Assembly: GCF_001194135.2 (NCBI RefSeq) | Contig: NC_068981.1 | Coordinates: 2,845,575 to 2,909,574 of the forward strand | Reading direction: 5' to 3' | Length of the DNA: 64,000 nucleotides | DNA from: Octopus bimaculoides | Taxonomy: Eukaryota | Shown: positions 11,680 through 24,730 of the stretch, piece after piece | Layout: each line of letters starts with the position of its first letter | Numbering within the stretch: the first letter of the stretch is position 1 | Made by a program: the position numbers and the translations under genes | The notes under the pieces: model-generated | The model's input: only the letters and a program-made list of their open reading frames with translations | What the model was told of the DNA's origin: nothing | Database searches by the model: none

Positions 11680-12467
11680 CTTGTAAGCTGACAGAATTAG
11701 TTGCATATCAATTAAGATGCTTAATGGTATTTCTTCCGACTCTTTATGTTGAGCTCAACTTTGCCTTTCATCTTTCAGAATCTCTAAAATACGTACCAGT
11801 CAGATACTAGAGTCGATGTAATCAACTTGTCCCCTCCCCTCAAAATTACTGGCCTTGTGCCAAAATTAGAATTATTGAACATCCAATAATACATTTATGG
11901 AATTAAGTTTTACATAATCCATTAAAATTTACAAGTGAAAAGCTTTCCTGAATTTAAGTGAAGATTATCCAATCATCCTATCAAATTTTAATCTTTCTGA
12001 CATCAACCCACCTGAGACTGTCCTGCTTCTATGATATAAATTTCTTGTTTAAAATGATTTAAATTAAAACCTTCCACCAAAATTCCATGTTAATTTATAT
12101 TCTAAATATCAGATTATGACAACGTTATTTTATTAAGCTCTTCATAGTTTAAAAATTGTAACAAAGGCAGTATATTTCATTTGAATTACTGTAGCAAAAA
12201 GGCTAAAATATCTAAAAAAATTTACAGACAAAAACTGTCATACAAAACTCAATGTACTATGAGGAATTTTCTGTTTGGTAGAATTGTTAGCAGACAAAAT
12301 GCTGAGCAGGTTTTCTTCTGGCTCCTTTCCATTCTGAGTTCAAATGCTGCTGAAGTCAACTTTACCTTTCGTAGTTGATAAAATGAATACCAGTTGAACA
12401 CTGGGGTTGATATCATTGATTTATCCACCCTGCTCAAAATTGCAGGGCTTGTGCCAAAGTTTGAAGC

Positions 12468-12506
<39 letters not shown>

Positions 12507-13292
12507 CATTATTATTCAATAGTTACAAATTTTTGTACACAAGATGGAAATCATACTCTTTTCACAAGAATTTCATATAAGGATTTTAGAAAAATCGTTA
12601 ATTCGCTAATATTAAAGATGTAACATTTATTTTCAAATATTTCCTAAGTCAAATAAAAACTTGTAAAGAATCATTTTCAACTAACTTGAGAAAAACAAAA
12701 ACAGAAAAAAAAATATTTTCATTATATAGCCATACTGCAGAGATATTTGTGTAAAACAGTTTTTAATTTGTGTAAAACAGTTTTTAATATCTTTTGCTAT
12801 CAGAAAAATATCAAAGGTAATAAAAAACAAACAAACATGACTACATGACAGTGTTATTTTTAACTTTTCCGGATAAAACTTTGCAAGCAGTATCTGAAAT
12901 AGCCAAAATTTCAGCTCCACAGTCAGAAAAAGAAAACACTCTGAAATAATTCAGCCGAAATCTGGAGTGGTTGGCATTAGGAAGGGCATCCAACTGTAGA
13001 AGCTCTGCCAAATCAGATTGGAGCCTGGTGTAGCCATCTGGTTTCACCAGTCCTCAGTCAAATCGTCCAACCCATGCTAGCATGGAAAGTGGACGTTAAA
13101 TGATGATGATGATGATTTCTGTTTTATGGTACTTGCATGGTTGTATGATTAAAAAGCTTGCTTTGCAACCAGATGGCTTTTGGTTCAGTCCCCCAGAGTG
13201 GTGTCTTGGACAAGTGTCTTCTACTATAATCCCAAGCTGACCAATGCCTTATGAATGGAATTTGGTATATGGAAATTGGGTGGAAGACCATC

Positions 13293-13331
<39 letters not shown>

Positions 13332-13624
13332 GTAAACGTTTGCATTCTGTGAAAATCTCAACAAGCAATGATGAGGATGAGGTCATATTTTCTGTTAGCA
13401 AATCCTCCACTGGCTTTGTACCTTTGAAGACATGTAAAACAGTGATCCCTTACTTGAAAAACAGATAATGGTTAGTGATAGGAAAGGCATCCAGGTATAA
13501 AATGAGGCTGTGATAACACATTCATTTAACCCATGCTGGCATAGAATGGCAGATGCTAAAAAACAAAACACACTGTGAACCGATGTGATTAATTTTCCTA
13601 AATATCGGTTATAAAGGAGTACAT

Positions 13625-13831
13625 TTAACCTGGTACCACCCGTATCCTTTTAAACAAACTTCCTGCTTTGAAGTGATTTAAATTAAAACCTTCCATCAAA
13701 ACAGTATGTTAATATATTTTCCAAACACCAGCTTAATAATGACAATGTCATTTTACTAAATTCGTTATTTTCGAAATTAATTCAATCAAAAGCAATGTAT
13801 TCCAAGAGAAATACAGTAACAAACGGGTTAA
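13625..13831. mobile_element. piggyBac-like MITE (family P1, degenerate)
   Basis: TTAA-CC...CGGG-TTAA ends; internal similarity to 52191-52395. Confidence 0.55.
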
Positions 13832-16334
13832 TATTTGATGAACCCAAATTTAAATTGATGAATAAAGAACATGACACTTGGTTAGAGAAACATTTATTTT
13901 GGGGGAGGCTTTCTTTCAATGGCCTTGTAAACCAAGCTAATTCTAATGTTATGCTTCCAAGCGATTAACACTGGAGATATTGGCACCATGATAACCAAAA
14001 GATTCTGTAACAGATTCACTTTTGAATAATTATATAATAATGATGATGGCTATAGAATATTTTACAAAAATAGATGCCCTGTATACTTAATCTTATCAGT
14101 CATTCTGCTCATTTAGCAAGTTCTATTTTTATTATCGTTATTTTTTAGAAACACATTTTGTACAAACTTTTCTTTTTTTGTTACTTTACATTTTGGTTAG
14201 AGAGAGATTCTGCTGGGAGCAATTCCAACCTTAAGTAATTGGTGGACTATATCTAGTTTTAAAAACATTAATATCAACATTAACTAGTCACATCCATTAA
14301 ATATATACAAGCCTACAAGAGAGCCACTACACAATCAATGTACTAATAATAGCAGCCAATCTCCCTCAAATCACACCCTACTATCTTCAAGAGGTAAAAC
14401 ATCTCAGTAATAAAGTTCTAGATACACCATGTATGAAAATAAGATGAGATGTTCATGACTGGTATCTCCTTCACCAGGAGCCTGGCACTTTGTCAGTTAG
14501 GATAACAAGTGTTCCAGCTGATCCGATTAATGGAACAGCCTGCTTGTGAAATTAATGTGCAAATGACTGAGCACTCCACAGACACGTGTACTCTTAATGT
14601 AGTTCTCAGAGAGACTCAGTGTGACACAGAATGTGACAAGGCTGGCCCTTTGAATTACTGGTACTACTCATTTTTGCCAGTTGAGTGAACTGGAGCAACA
14701 TGAAATAGAACATCTTGCTCAAGGACACAATGCACTGTCAGAAATCAAAAAAAAAAAAAACACTCATTACATTCTGCAAAATGATTGGCATTAGAAAGGT
14801 CATCCAGAAGTAGAAACCACACCAAAACAGACATTGGAATTTGGCATTGGTCCTCTAGCTTGTCAGTTTTTGTCAAACCACCTAAACCATTTCCAGCATG
14901 GAAAACAGGCACTAAATGAGGATGATTTTTTCATTTAGTAAAACAAAAAAGAGTCATGAAAATTCCTCATAATCTACAAATGGGGAAACTTACTGACTTG
15001 GAAACAAACTCACTGAAAATGACAATCGACAAGCGTTTTTATTTAATTCCAAATGTTGGGGACTTAAATTCTGGGGCTCGTTATCCTTTGAACATTTTTC
15101 AGAATTAAGAAAATTTCCGAAAGTTTTTTTACATCTATCATTTTAGAATGACTTACAGATGTAAAAAGAAAAAAAAAAACATTTTAATCCAAGAAGCTGA
15201 TAAAATCCAAAATGAAGTCACAACTGACTGATTCAAATTTGAAGAATTCTCTCCTGTTCCACATTTAACTTCAAACTAAAATGTTTAGTGAAACCAGACT
15301 CAAAAGTCTCAGTAACATAATGTTTACTTAATTTTCTTTATATTAAATCATTTCATCATGTAAAAAAATATTAAGTATAGATATATTAACATATATTAGC
15401 ATATGTTAGTGTATCTAAATTAACATACTTCAGATGAGAATTTCATGGAAGACTTGTATGACACATTTGAACTGATGCATGAAAATACTGATACATGAAT
15501 GCTGTTGCTTGATTTGCCAGAAATAGCAGCTAAATCTCTCTCAAACTATACTATACCATCTTTAAAAAGTATGGTTTGTATGATGTAACCCAAAATATAC
15601 CACTGCTAGTGAGAAAAAAAAAAGAGGATAATCATTGCTCGTATGTCTTTGATGGACCTACTTGATCAGAGCTGACTTGAAAGTTCATGATTGTGATATG
15701 AACTACTTAACTAAACATTTTTACTAGTTATTCACACACATCATCATCATTGTTGTTTAACATCCACCTTCCATGCTGGCATGGGTTGGACGGTTTGACT
15801 GAGAACTGGCAAACCAGGAGGCTGCACCAGGCTCCAGTCTGATTTGGCAAGGTTTCTACAGCTGGATACCCTTCCTAGCGTCAACCATTCCGAGAGTGTA
15901 GTGGGTACTTTTATGTGGGAGCCAATCAGGTGGCACTGGCATCAGCCACACTCGAATGGTGCTTTTTATGTGCTACTGGCAAAGGTGCCAGTCAGGCAGC
16001 ACCTGTGTAGATGCCTTGTAAAAAGCACCTGTGCCAGTGCCGCATAAAAAGCACCCAGTCCACTCTGTAAAGTGGTTAGCATTAGGAAGAGCATCCAGCC
16101 ATAGAAACCATGCCAAAACAGACAATTAAAGCCTGGTGCAGCTTTCTGGCCAGCTAAGTCCTGTCAAACAGTCCAACCCATACCAGCATGGAAAACAGAC
16201 CTTAAGTGATGATGATGATGATGATGATATAATGATAAGACTTGAACTTTGATGTACCTCTACCTGTAGGCTAAATTCCTCACTGAATCCATTACCAACT
16301 CTTACCTTGCTGAGAGCCCCCCTCTGTACAAGCT

Positions 16335-16500
16335 ATTCAGCTACACCTAGTTTTCTTAGTGACCACTTGACTATAAAATGTGGTAACTCTGACCAAGGCC
16401 TTCTCCAGGTCAATGAAATATAAGTATAATGGCTTGGCTCTTTGCACAAACCTTTTTTCTTGTAGTTGTCTCACATAGAAGAGAGTACCTTGTAATATCT
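16335..16500 (-). mobile_element. RTE-clade reverse transcriptase fragment
   Basis: Translates TLFYVRQLQEKRFVQRAKPLYLYFIDLEKALVRV, matching RTE AIF.VRQLQEK......PLY.AF.DLEKAFDRV. Confidence 0.8.
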
Positions 16501-17738
16501 CACATAAACTAATGAGCTTACAAATTATTTGTGCTATAACTTCTTGTTTACTTCCACAGACCAGTCCAGCGATTCTTAAGCAGGGTCCGTATGGCCCTGG
16601 CAGGGAGCGGGGAGGGGGGTCTATACAAGAATTTTTGTTAAAATTTATGTGCAGTAAATTGGTTATACTTTTACAATACACAAAATATTTAAAGTTTTTT
16701 TTTATAAAATCCCTAATATTTAATTACAAAAATGGGATTTTTTAAATATTGAATGGCTATGAGGATCCACCCAAGTAAAACAAGAACCAGAGGGACCCAT
16801 AGGCAACAAATGGTTGAGAACCACTGGATGAGTCCATTAGTTAGATGCACAGTAGGTGTTTCTAGGACATCCTCTTTCATAGCAGTTGATGATTCCACTG
16901 TGGCATCAGTCATTGAGAATAACTCCATCCTGTATTCCCTGATTGACTATGCCAGTGACTCGTATGTCCCTGAATTTACTAAATATTTTCAGCCTCACAG
17001 GGACCATCTAGTGATCCTGCTGCTTTCTCTGCCTTCATAATTGTTAACGAGCATTTCAATCAAGTAGCTATCAATTACAATACTGGTCTTTCTTTGGAAT
17101 TTACAAGAGATCAGTCTGTTTAATGTGAAACTATTACTATATACACACACATGTATATATACATATGTATATATAGAAACACACACACACACACACAACA
17201 ATCTTATTAAAATTAACCATAATAAGCATTAAATATAAAGAAACAGGTGTTAATCACTGAAAGAACACAAACTGTAACGAGCTTGTGAGTGAGGTAGGTG
17301 GGGCGGGGTTAGTGAGAGAGGGGACAACAGGCAACCAGACAAAATGAAGGACGTGAGGGAAGAGAAATAGGGGAGAGGAAGAATGGAGTTTTCACAAGAG
17401 CTGGTTGAAAGTTATCTGCATTCCAGATGCATGACTGTACAGTCAGATGATGATGAGNNNNNNNNNNNNNNNNNNNNNNNNNNNNNNNNNNNNNNNNNNN
17501 NNNNNNNNNNNNNNNNNNNNNNNNNNNNNNNNNNNNNNNNNNNNNNNNNNNNNNNNNNNNNNNNNNNNNNNNNNNNNNNNNNNNNNNNNNNNNNNNNNNN
17601 NNNNNNNNNNNNNNNNNNNNNNNNNNNNNNNNNNNNNNNNNNNNNNNNNNNNNNNNNNNNNNNNNNNNNNNNNNNNNNNNNNNNNNNNNNNNNNNNNNNN
17701 NNNNNNNNNNNNNNNNNNNNNNNNNNNNNNNNNNNNNN

Positions 17739-17775
<37 letters not shown>

Positions 17776-18094
17776 AAGTGTGTATGTGTGTATACATGCA
17801 AGCAAGTGAATGTGTCTAAATGAGTGAGTGTACATACAATGAAGTCTATGCCTGTGTGTAAACATACAAACACTGAGGTGTCTATATGTGAGTGTGTGTG
17901 TGTGTGTGTGTGTGTTATCAGAAAGAGAAAGTGAGTTAGTGTATATGTGAGTGAGTGTGTGTACTTATGTATGAGGACGAGTGAACATTGAACAAGGCTT
18001 ATACCTGTGAGTGTGTGTTCAGTGATTGTATGTGTGAGAGTATATAGACTGAGGTATTTGTGTGTGTGCATGTATATGCATTGATAACTGTAGC

Positions 18095-18133
<39 letters not shown>

Positions 18134-19021
18134 AGGCTATCTGTGTGTACATGGAAGAGGCCTGTGTGCAAGAGCATTAAATCTAAGAATAACCAACCCT
18201 GATGCTAGAACACAGACAGACTCACTGAGGGAAATACCAGGAATATAGGAGATTTCTGGCGATAACACACACACACACACACACTCTCTCTCTCTCTCTT
18301 TATTTTTCTCATTTTTACTTTTCACAACAAATAGTTGGGATTTGTTGTTTTAAAAAAGATTTACTGGGAACAGAATCAGAGAGAAGGAGAGGGTGGAGCT
18401 GTGTGTATGTGGGAGAAAGACTAGAGCTGTGCATGAGAGAAAGAGGGGAAGAGAGAGGGGGGGAGGGAGAAAGAGGGGAAGAGAGAGAATGGAGCTTTTG
18501 ACAGTGTCTGGCCTATAAATCTATTGAAAGTGTCTGTCTATAGGCGTCATCTATCTCATTTCTTGGTTCAGTAGACCAGAGCAGACCACTGTTTGCTGAT
18601 GGAGCTCTGATNNNNNNNNNNCACCACCACCACTCTCTTCACTCTATCCAATGACTTATCACTACATGCCACAAAACCCCTTCTCACACAGATGACACAA
18701 CCCTTCATTCCTCCTTGACATTCCCCAGCCATGTATCATCCACTCACAACATAGGACACCACATACCATACCCCACACCTTGAAAGCATCCCCTAATGGG
18801 GATATGTCGGTCTTGTCTCTTTGAACTACAAGAAAATACACAAATGGAATTCGTATCAAGAACCCATCATTGCAACATACCCCTTTAATCATTACCAATA
18901 CTCACTCAGGGATCTCAAAATTGTCCCAAACGTTAGGTTTCTCAGTTCGATATTTGAGAGATGAGGAATTATGTACATTATTTACATTTGATGGATATTT
19001 GTCCTCATCTTGTTTGTTGTT

Positions 19022-19067
19022 AACCCAACGTTTCAGTTGATATACCCTCCAGCCTTCATCAGGTGTG
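19022..19067 (-). ncRNA. Degenerate hammerhead motif (family 2)
   Basis: Core CUGAUGA and GAAA intact, but stem I (CACAC/GGGUU) and stem II (GGCUG/CAACU) carry mismatches. Confidence 0.45.
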
Positions 19068-19274
19068 TTGGGAAAATTTTGAACCTGGGTTCTCATTCTT
19101 AAGGTAGTTTTCGATGTTGTTATTATTATTATTATTCAGGTCACTGCCTGGAACTGAACTCGGAATCTTGGGGTTACTAGCTCCCGTTCTTAACCACTCT
19201 ACACCATATGCCTGTGGGCATATAACATCAAAAAATACCTCAGGAATGAGAACCCAGGTTCGAAATTTCCCCAA

Positions 19275-19320
19275 GACACCTGATGAAGGCTGGAGGGTAT
19301 ATCAGCTGAAACGTTGTGTT
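19275..19320 (+). ncRNA. Minimal type-I hammerhead ribozyme motif (family 2, best-preserved copy)
   Basis: GACAC-CUGAUGA-A-GGCUG(GAGGGUAUAU)CAGCU-GAA-ACGU-U^GUGUU: 5-bp stem I, 5-bp stem II, loopless palindromic stem III ACGU, GUU triplet. Confidence 0.7.
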
Positions 19321-19670
19321 AACAACAAACAAGATGAGGACAAATATCAGTCAAATGTAAATAATGTTAGGTTTCACTATAATGAAGAACCTTGCCTGGC
19401 ATAATCACATTTTCGACATCGTTTTCAGTTAGATTTTACTTGTCTCAATCATCAGACTCCAGTCACACTGGAGCACCTCCTTGAAAAATTTTTAGTTGAA
19501 TGAACCAAGGTGCCACACAGTTGGACTGAACCTGGAATGATGTGGTTGGGAAGCAAACTTTTTAGACAGCAACGCCTGCACCTCCATGTAAATATTCACA
19601 TCGTTTGACACCTAAGACAAATGAGTAATTATTAAATATAAATACCATTTCGAAACATCCATATCTGTCA

Positions 19671-19671
<1 letters not shown>

Positions 19672-19741
<70 letters not shown>

Positions 19742-20045
19742 NNNNNNNNNNNNNNNNNNNNNNNNNNNNNNNNNNNNNNNNNNNNNNNNNNNNNNNNNNN
19801 NNNNNNNNNNNNNNNNNNNNNNNNNNNNNNNNNNNNNNNNNNNNNNNNNNNNNNNNNNNNNNNNNNNNNNNNNNNNNNNNNNNNNNNNNNNNNNNNNNNN
19901 NNNNNNNNNNNNNNNNNNNNNNNNNNNNNNNNNNNNNNNNNNNNNNNNNNNNNNNNNNNNNNNNNNNNNNNNNNNNNNNNNNNNNNNNNNNNNNNNNNNN
20001 NNNNNNNNNNNNNNNNNNNNNNNNNNNNNNNNNNNNNNNNNNNNN

Positions 20046-20100
<55 letters not shown>
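19672..20100. repeat. (GT)n microsatellite interrupted by an assembly gap
   Basis: (GT)n flanks the N run 19742-20045 on both sides. Confidence 0.95.
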
Positions 20101-20102
<2 letters not shown>

Positions 20103-21593
20103 GCTTACTCATCACCAGGTGAGTATGAAGATGGTAGTTTCTACTATACCTTCACTAAATGTGAAAGGTAGGAGACATAGTGGTTAGGGTGTTCAGTTCA
20201 TGTTGATAATCATAAAGGTTTGTAGGTTTAGTCCCTGGAATGGGTGGTGCATGATGTCCTCGAATAAGGAAGGCACTACTCATTATTCCATTTGGTCGGG
20301 AGTAAGAAGATCAAGAGGGTATCTACGTCTGCTCACGACTGCATTAGCATCAAAAACAACAGTTCTTAACTGGGATCCATATAAAATAATGTTAAAAATT
20401 AGGCACAATAAATTACTTCTGCATCTATAATTTCATTTTATTTTTTTACTTGTTTCAGTCATTTGATTGTGGTCATGCTGGAACATCACCTTTAGTCGAA
20501 CAAATTGACCCCAGGACTTATTCTTTTGTAAGCCTAGTATTTATTCTATCAGACTCTTTTTGCCGAACCGCTAAGTGACAGGTACATAAACACACCAACA
20601 TCGGTTGTCAAGCGATAATGAGGGAGACACACAGACACAAATAACAAATACACACACACGCATATATATATATACATATATACGATGGGCTTCTTTCAGT
20701 TTCCATCTACCAAATCCACTCACAAGGCTTTGGTTGGCCTGAGGCTATAGTAGAAGACACTTGCCCAAGGTGCCACACAGTGGGACTGAACCCAGAACCA
20801 TATGGTTGGGAAGTAAGTTTCTTACCACAGAGCCACTCCTGCACCTATAAAAATATTAAAATTTTTTTTTTGATACAATTCCTAATAATTCCTAATGATA
20901 CTTAATTACAAAAATTTTTTAGGATTTTTTAAAGTATGGAATGGTTATGAGGGTCCATTTGAGTAAAAGAGGAACCTAAGGGGTCCATGAGTAAAGAATG
21001 GTTGAGAACCACTGACCTAAAAACAATTAGCAAAAAAAAAAATGCTTGTGTGAGTGCATGTGTGTGTTTAATTGAACAATGTAACAAGTGTGTATGTGTT
21101 TAAATGGCCAACATACCTGCTAGAGTGTAGCTGTTCGAAACAATTTCAACAACAAAAAAGAAAGAAAAAAACAGAAGAAAGGAAACCCAGTCCTTTTTCT
21201 TCATAGAAGAACATGATTCTCAAAATTTGTTCATTTCTAAATAGCTTCCACACAAATGTGTAGAGAAGAAAAGGAAAGGTTCTGGGGTAGGTGAAGAGTT
21301 TTGGGGGTATGTTAAAGGGGGGGAAAAAATGTAGTGAAAAGAAATATTAAAAAAAATCTCATGGCAAAAGGCATACACTCTAGCAAGATTAATATGGCCA
21401 TCAATTCCAATCCACTTTGGTTCACGTGATCAATAATACAAGATCAATATTGCATTTCAGAAAGTACAAATTAAGAAAACAGATGAAACAGAAATGAATA
21501 ATTCTTATCATAAGCAGTATAAAAGAAGAAAAAAAAAGGTGAGAAGACAGTTTTTTTGTTTTTTTTTCAGTGGTATTATACACAAATATTACC

Positions 21594-21743
<150 letters not shown>

Positions 21744-24439
21744 AGATTGGCATCTTGAGCAACCTTGTGAGTCAAATGACTCCGCAGATCTCGAAATAAG
21801 GCGATGTCATAGTCAAAGAAATTAGAGAAATCTGAACTTTCCTAAAAGGAACTTTGATTTACCAAAGTATAAGTTGTAGAATTCTATGACTATTATATGC
21901 ATGGCCAAAATATATAATGAATAAATAAGTAAAGAAATAAAGAAATCTTATGGCCCCTTCATTTATCCTTTATGTTTTCATATCATATCATATCATATCA
22001 TATCAATATATATATATATATATTGATATATATATATATATATATATATTGCTCTGCACCAGAAATATTCACACTTACAAGATCATAGATGTGTGTGTGT
22101 GTGTGTGTGAGTGTGTGTTTGTAAGTATTACACATGCAACATATAGATAGGAATTAGTGAGCAGCAAAATACAAAATTAGCAAAACATGAGGGAGAGAGG
22201 GGGGGGGAGAAAGAGAGAGAGTTGAAGAGAGAGAACATTAGAAAGAGAGAGAGTGGGGAATGCATGCACATTATTGATTAAATAGCAGCAGTTGTTATAA
22301 ATACAAAAGTTAAGGAGAAAAAGAAAAAAAAGATACCACCAAAGCAATCATCCCATCTTGTTCCCTCCTTTTAGTTCGATATAATACAGAGCTGGAGAGC
22401 TCTCTAATTAATTTAATTGAATTAATAATATGATGAAATTGATAGAGAAGTGCAATGCAGGTAGCAGTGTATTTTTCTCTGCCAATACTAGTTTAGATCT
22501 AGGGAGAAGAAATGGAACAGTTCCTTGCACATCCTATACACCAATTCCACACACTGCCGACAGGATCAGATGAAATGAAATCCGCTCCCCACATCCCCAT
22601 CCCCCTACCAACACACACACACTTTCACTTGTGTGACCTTCAATATTCAAGGTTAAGTTAAAGTGGCACTGAACAATCAATTACACCTACTTAATAATTT
22701 CATTGAAGGAATCTACTAATCTAGAGATTAGTAATTCCTTGGCAGAGGGGTGGGGGTGTAATACCAAGGTTTTAAGACAACCAACAGCACATCCTACTTT
22801 TATCGTTTTCATTCATGAAAAGATTTTTTTTTCCCTTTTTGTTCTTTAATCTCTCATCTACTTCCTTGCTACCTTTCATCTAACTCCTATTTATCCAACC
22901 CTCCTCCCTCAACCCTTGTTCAGCATTCAGTATATTTGCACCCCTACCCCATCTCTAACCATCCCTCACTTACAAACTCTACTCACCCACCCTTCCTGTT
23001 TTTCTGCCCACAGAACCCACCCTGACACCTCATCACCACCATTTTTATTCCTTTCTCCTTCTCTGCACCCATTACTTCCACCCCCACCCCCATTTTGTAA
23101 TAAAGCAAGACACACCATGTGGTTCCCAACTATTTTTTGCCCAAGGGCTTTTTTGGTTCCTGGAACCCTCATAGCCTTTCAATGACTAAAATCTTTAAAC
23201 TTTATTAAGTATTGTATAAAAACTGTTTAAATATTTTGTGTATTGTAGAAATATATAACCAGCCATTGCACATAGATTCTAACAACATCTTGTGTGGACC
23301 CCCACCACTACCACCACCACCCAAAGGCCACAGCCACATGGACCCTAGTTCAGAATTAACTGCTCTAACCTTTTGTTACCTAACATAAAGCTACCTTGTT
23401 CTCTACACTAGCACCATTCAGTGATAGGGGTTCTTAGTCTGGTGAGCGAAATGGTGACCTCAATACTGATAGTGCCACACACACACACAAAAAAAAACTC
23501 TCTGTACACTCAGTAAAGGGGTTGGTATTTGAAAAGGTAACCAACCATGAAAAACATGCCAAAGTAAACATTGGAACACAATGCAGATGCAGTCCTCCAA
23601 TCTGTCAAGCCGTCCAATTTATGTCAACATAAAAGAGTGATGCTAAATGATGATGCCGATACTCATCATCGTCATCGTCATTTAACGTCCATTTTCTATG
23701 CTGGCATGGGTTGGACAGTTTGACAAGAGCTGGGCAAGGCAAGGAGCTGTACGAAGTTCCATAGTCGGTTCTGGCATAGCTTCTACAGCTGGATTCCCTG
23801 ACACAAACTACTTTACAGAGTGTGCTGGGTGCTTTTTACGTGACATCAGCACCAACAGGGTCACCAGATATCTTGCAAGACAAGAACTCCTCGAATGAGA
23901 GTGGGGAGTAAGTACTGAGGTAGTGAGACCTTGTGCCAGCTGAAAGAGTTACAGTATAGAGGGGACAGATGTAGGGGTCTTCCTTTAAAGAAAATTAGGT
24001 AAAAATTAAATTCTGACATTTTTATTCCCCTTTTAGGTATTCTTTTATGTTTCACTCTGTGGAGAGGAAGAGAGAGAGACTAAGAAGCTGGATGTGTGAA
24101 TGTTATTTGAGTCCCGGAATGGATTTTACTATGAAGTCACAATGGGGACATTGATGACATTGATTTTGCCTGGGATTGGGCAAGTGTGTCTGTTGATTGT
24201 GGGAAATGGTTCTTCTATTGTTCTTTTTCTTCAACTCAAATTGTTTCCCCTGCCACTGCCCTGTTACTACAAGGGAGGAATCTTATATGGTGACATTATG
24301 CACCTACAGGGTGCTAAAGATTAGACAACTTCATCAACTAACTTACCAATTAGAGAAAGGTAATTTCTTTAAAATGAGTTACCAAGTTTACAGTCTGCTT
24401 GTATGCCCCCTATGGCAAATTTTCCCACAACAAAAATAT

Positions 24440-24730
24440 TTACTTAGAAAATTACTATTTTTAAATCTCACAACAAGAGATATTCAGCAACAGTACTTTA
24501 TAGTAAAGATTGTTTGCCAACATAACATGGCAGTCCAGGTTTAGGACGAATGTTGCTGTAATTTATCCCCAGGAGACATCATCTCCAGCTGGCTATACGA
24601 CACGATCTGTGTCCTTATATTTTCAAACAAGGGAATTTAGCACCCCCACTCAGCTCAAAACAATATCTGTGTATCGCAATTTCCAGGTTATTTCCCTTCA
24701 TCAGCATAGAATAACTGTTCAGCTAGAGGT
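24440..24730 (-). mobile_element. PLE terminal-repeat fragment, hammerhead family 3, copy 1
   Basis: Homologous to 37360-37820, sharing both the ribozyme region and the terminal region ...CAGCAACAGTACTTT...GTAAAGATTGTTTGCCAAC. Confidence 0.65.
24666..24710 (-). ncRNA. Minimal hammerhead motif (family 3)
   Basis: UCUAUG-CUGAUGA-AGG(GAAAUAA)CCU-G-GAA-AUUGCGAU-A^CACAGA; stem I 5 of 6 paired; near-palindromic stem III; AUA triplet. Confidence 0.6.

Larger units (their letters stand above)
18943..19367 (-). mobile_element. Composite element: tRNA-derived head + (AAT)n + hammerhead-bearing PLE terminal repeat + tail, preceded by an inverted repeat copy (family 2, copy 1)
   Basis: Inverted arms 18975-19122 and 19222-19367; A-box (19194-19206) and B-box GAGTTCAGTTCC (19150-19161) on the minus strand; about 32-bp tail (18943-18974) on one arm only; same layout at 57179-57560. 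Confidence 0.75.
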
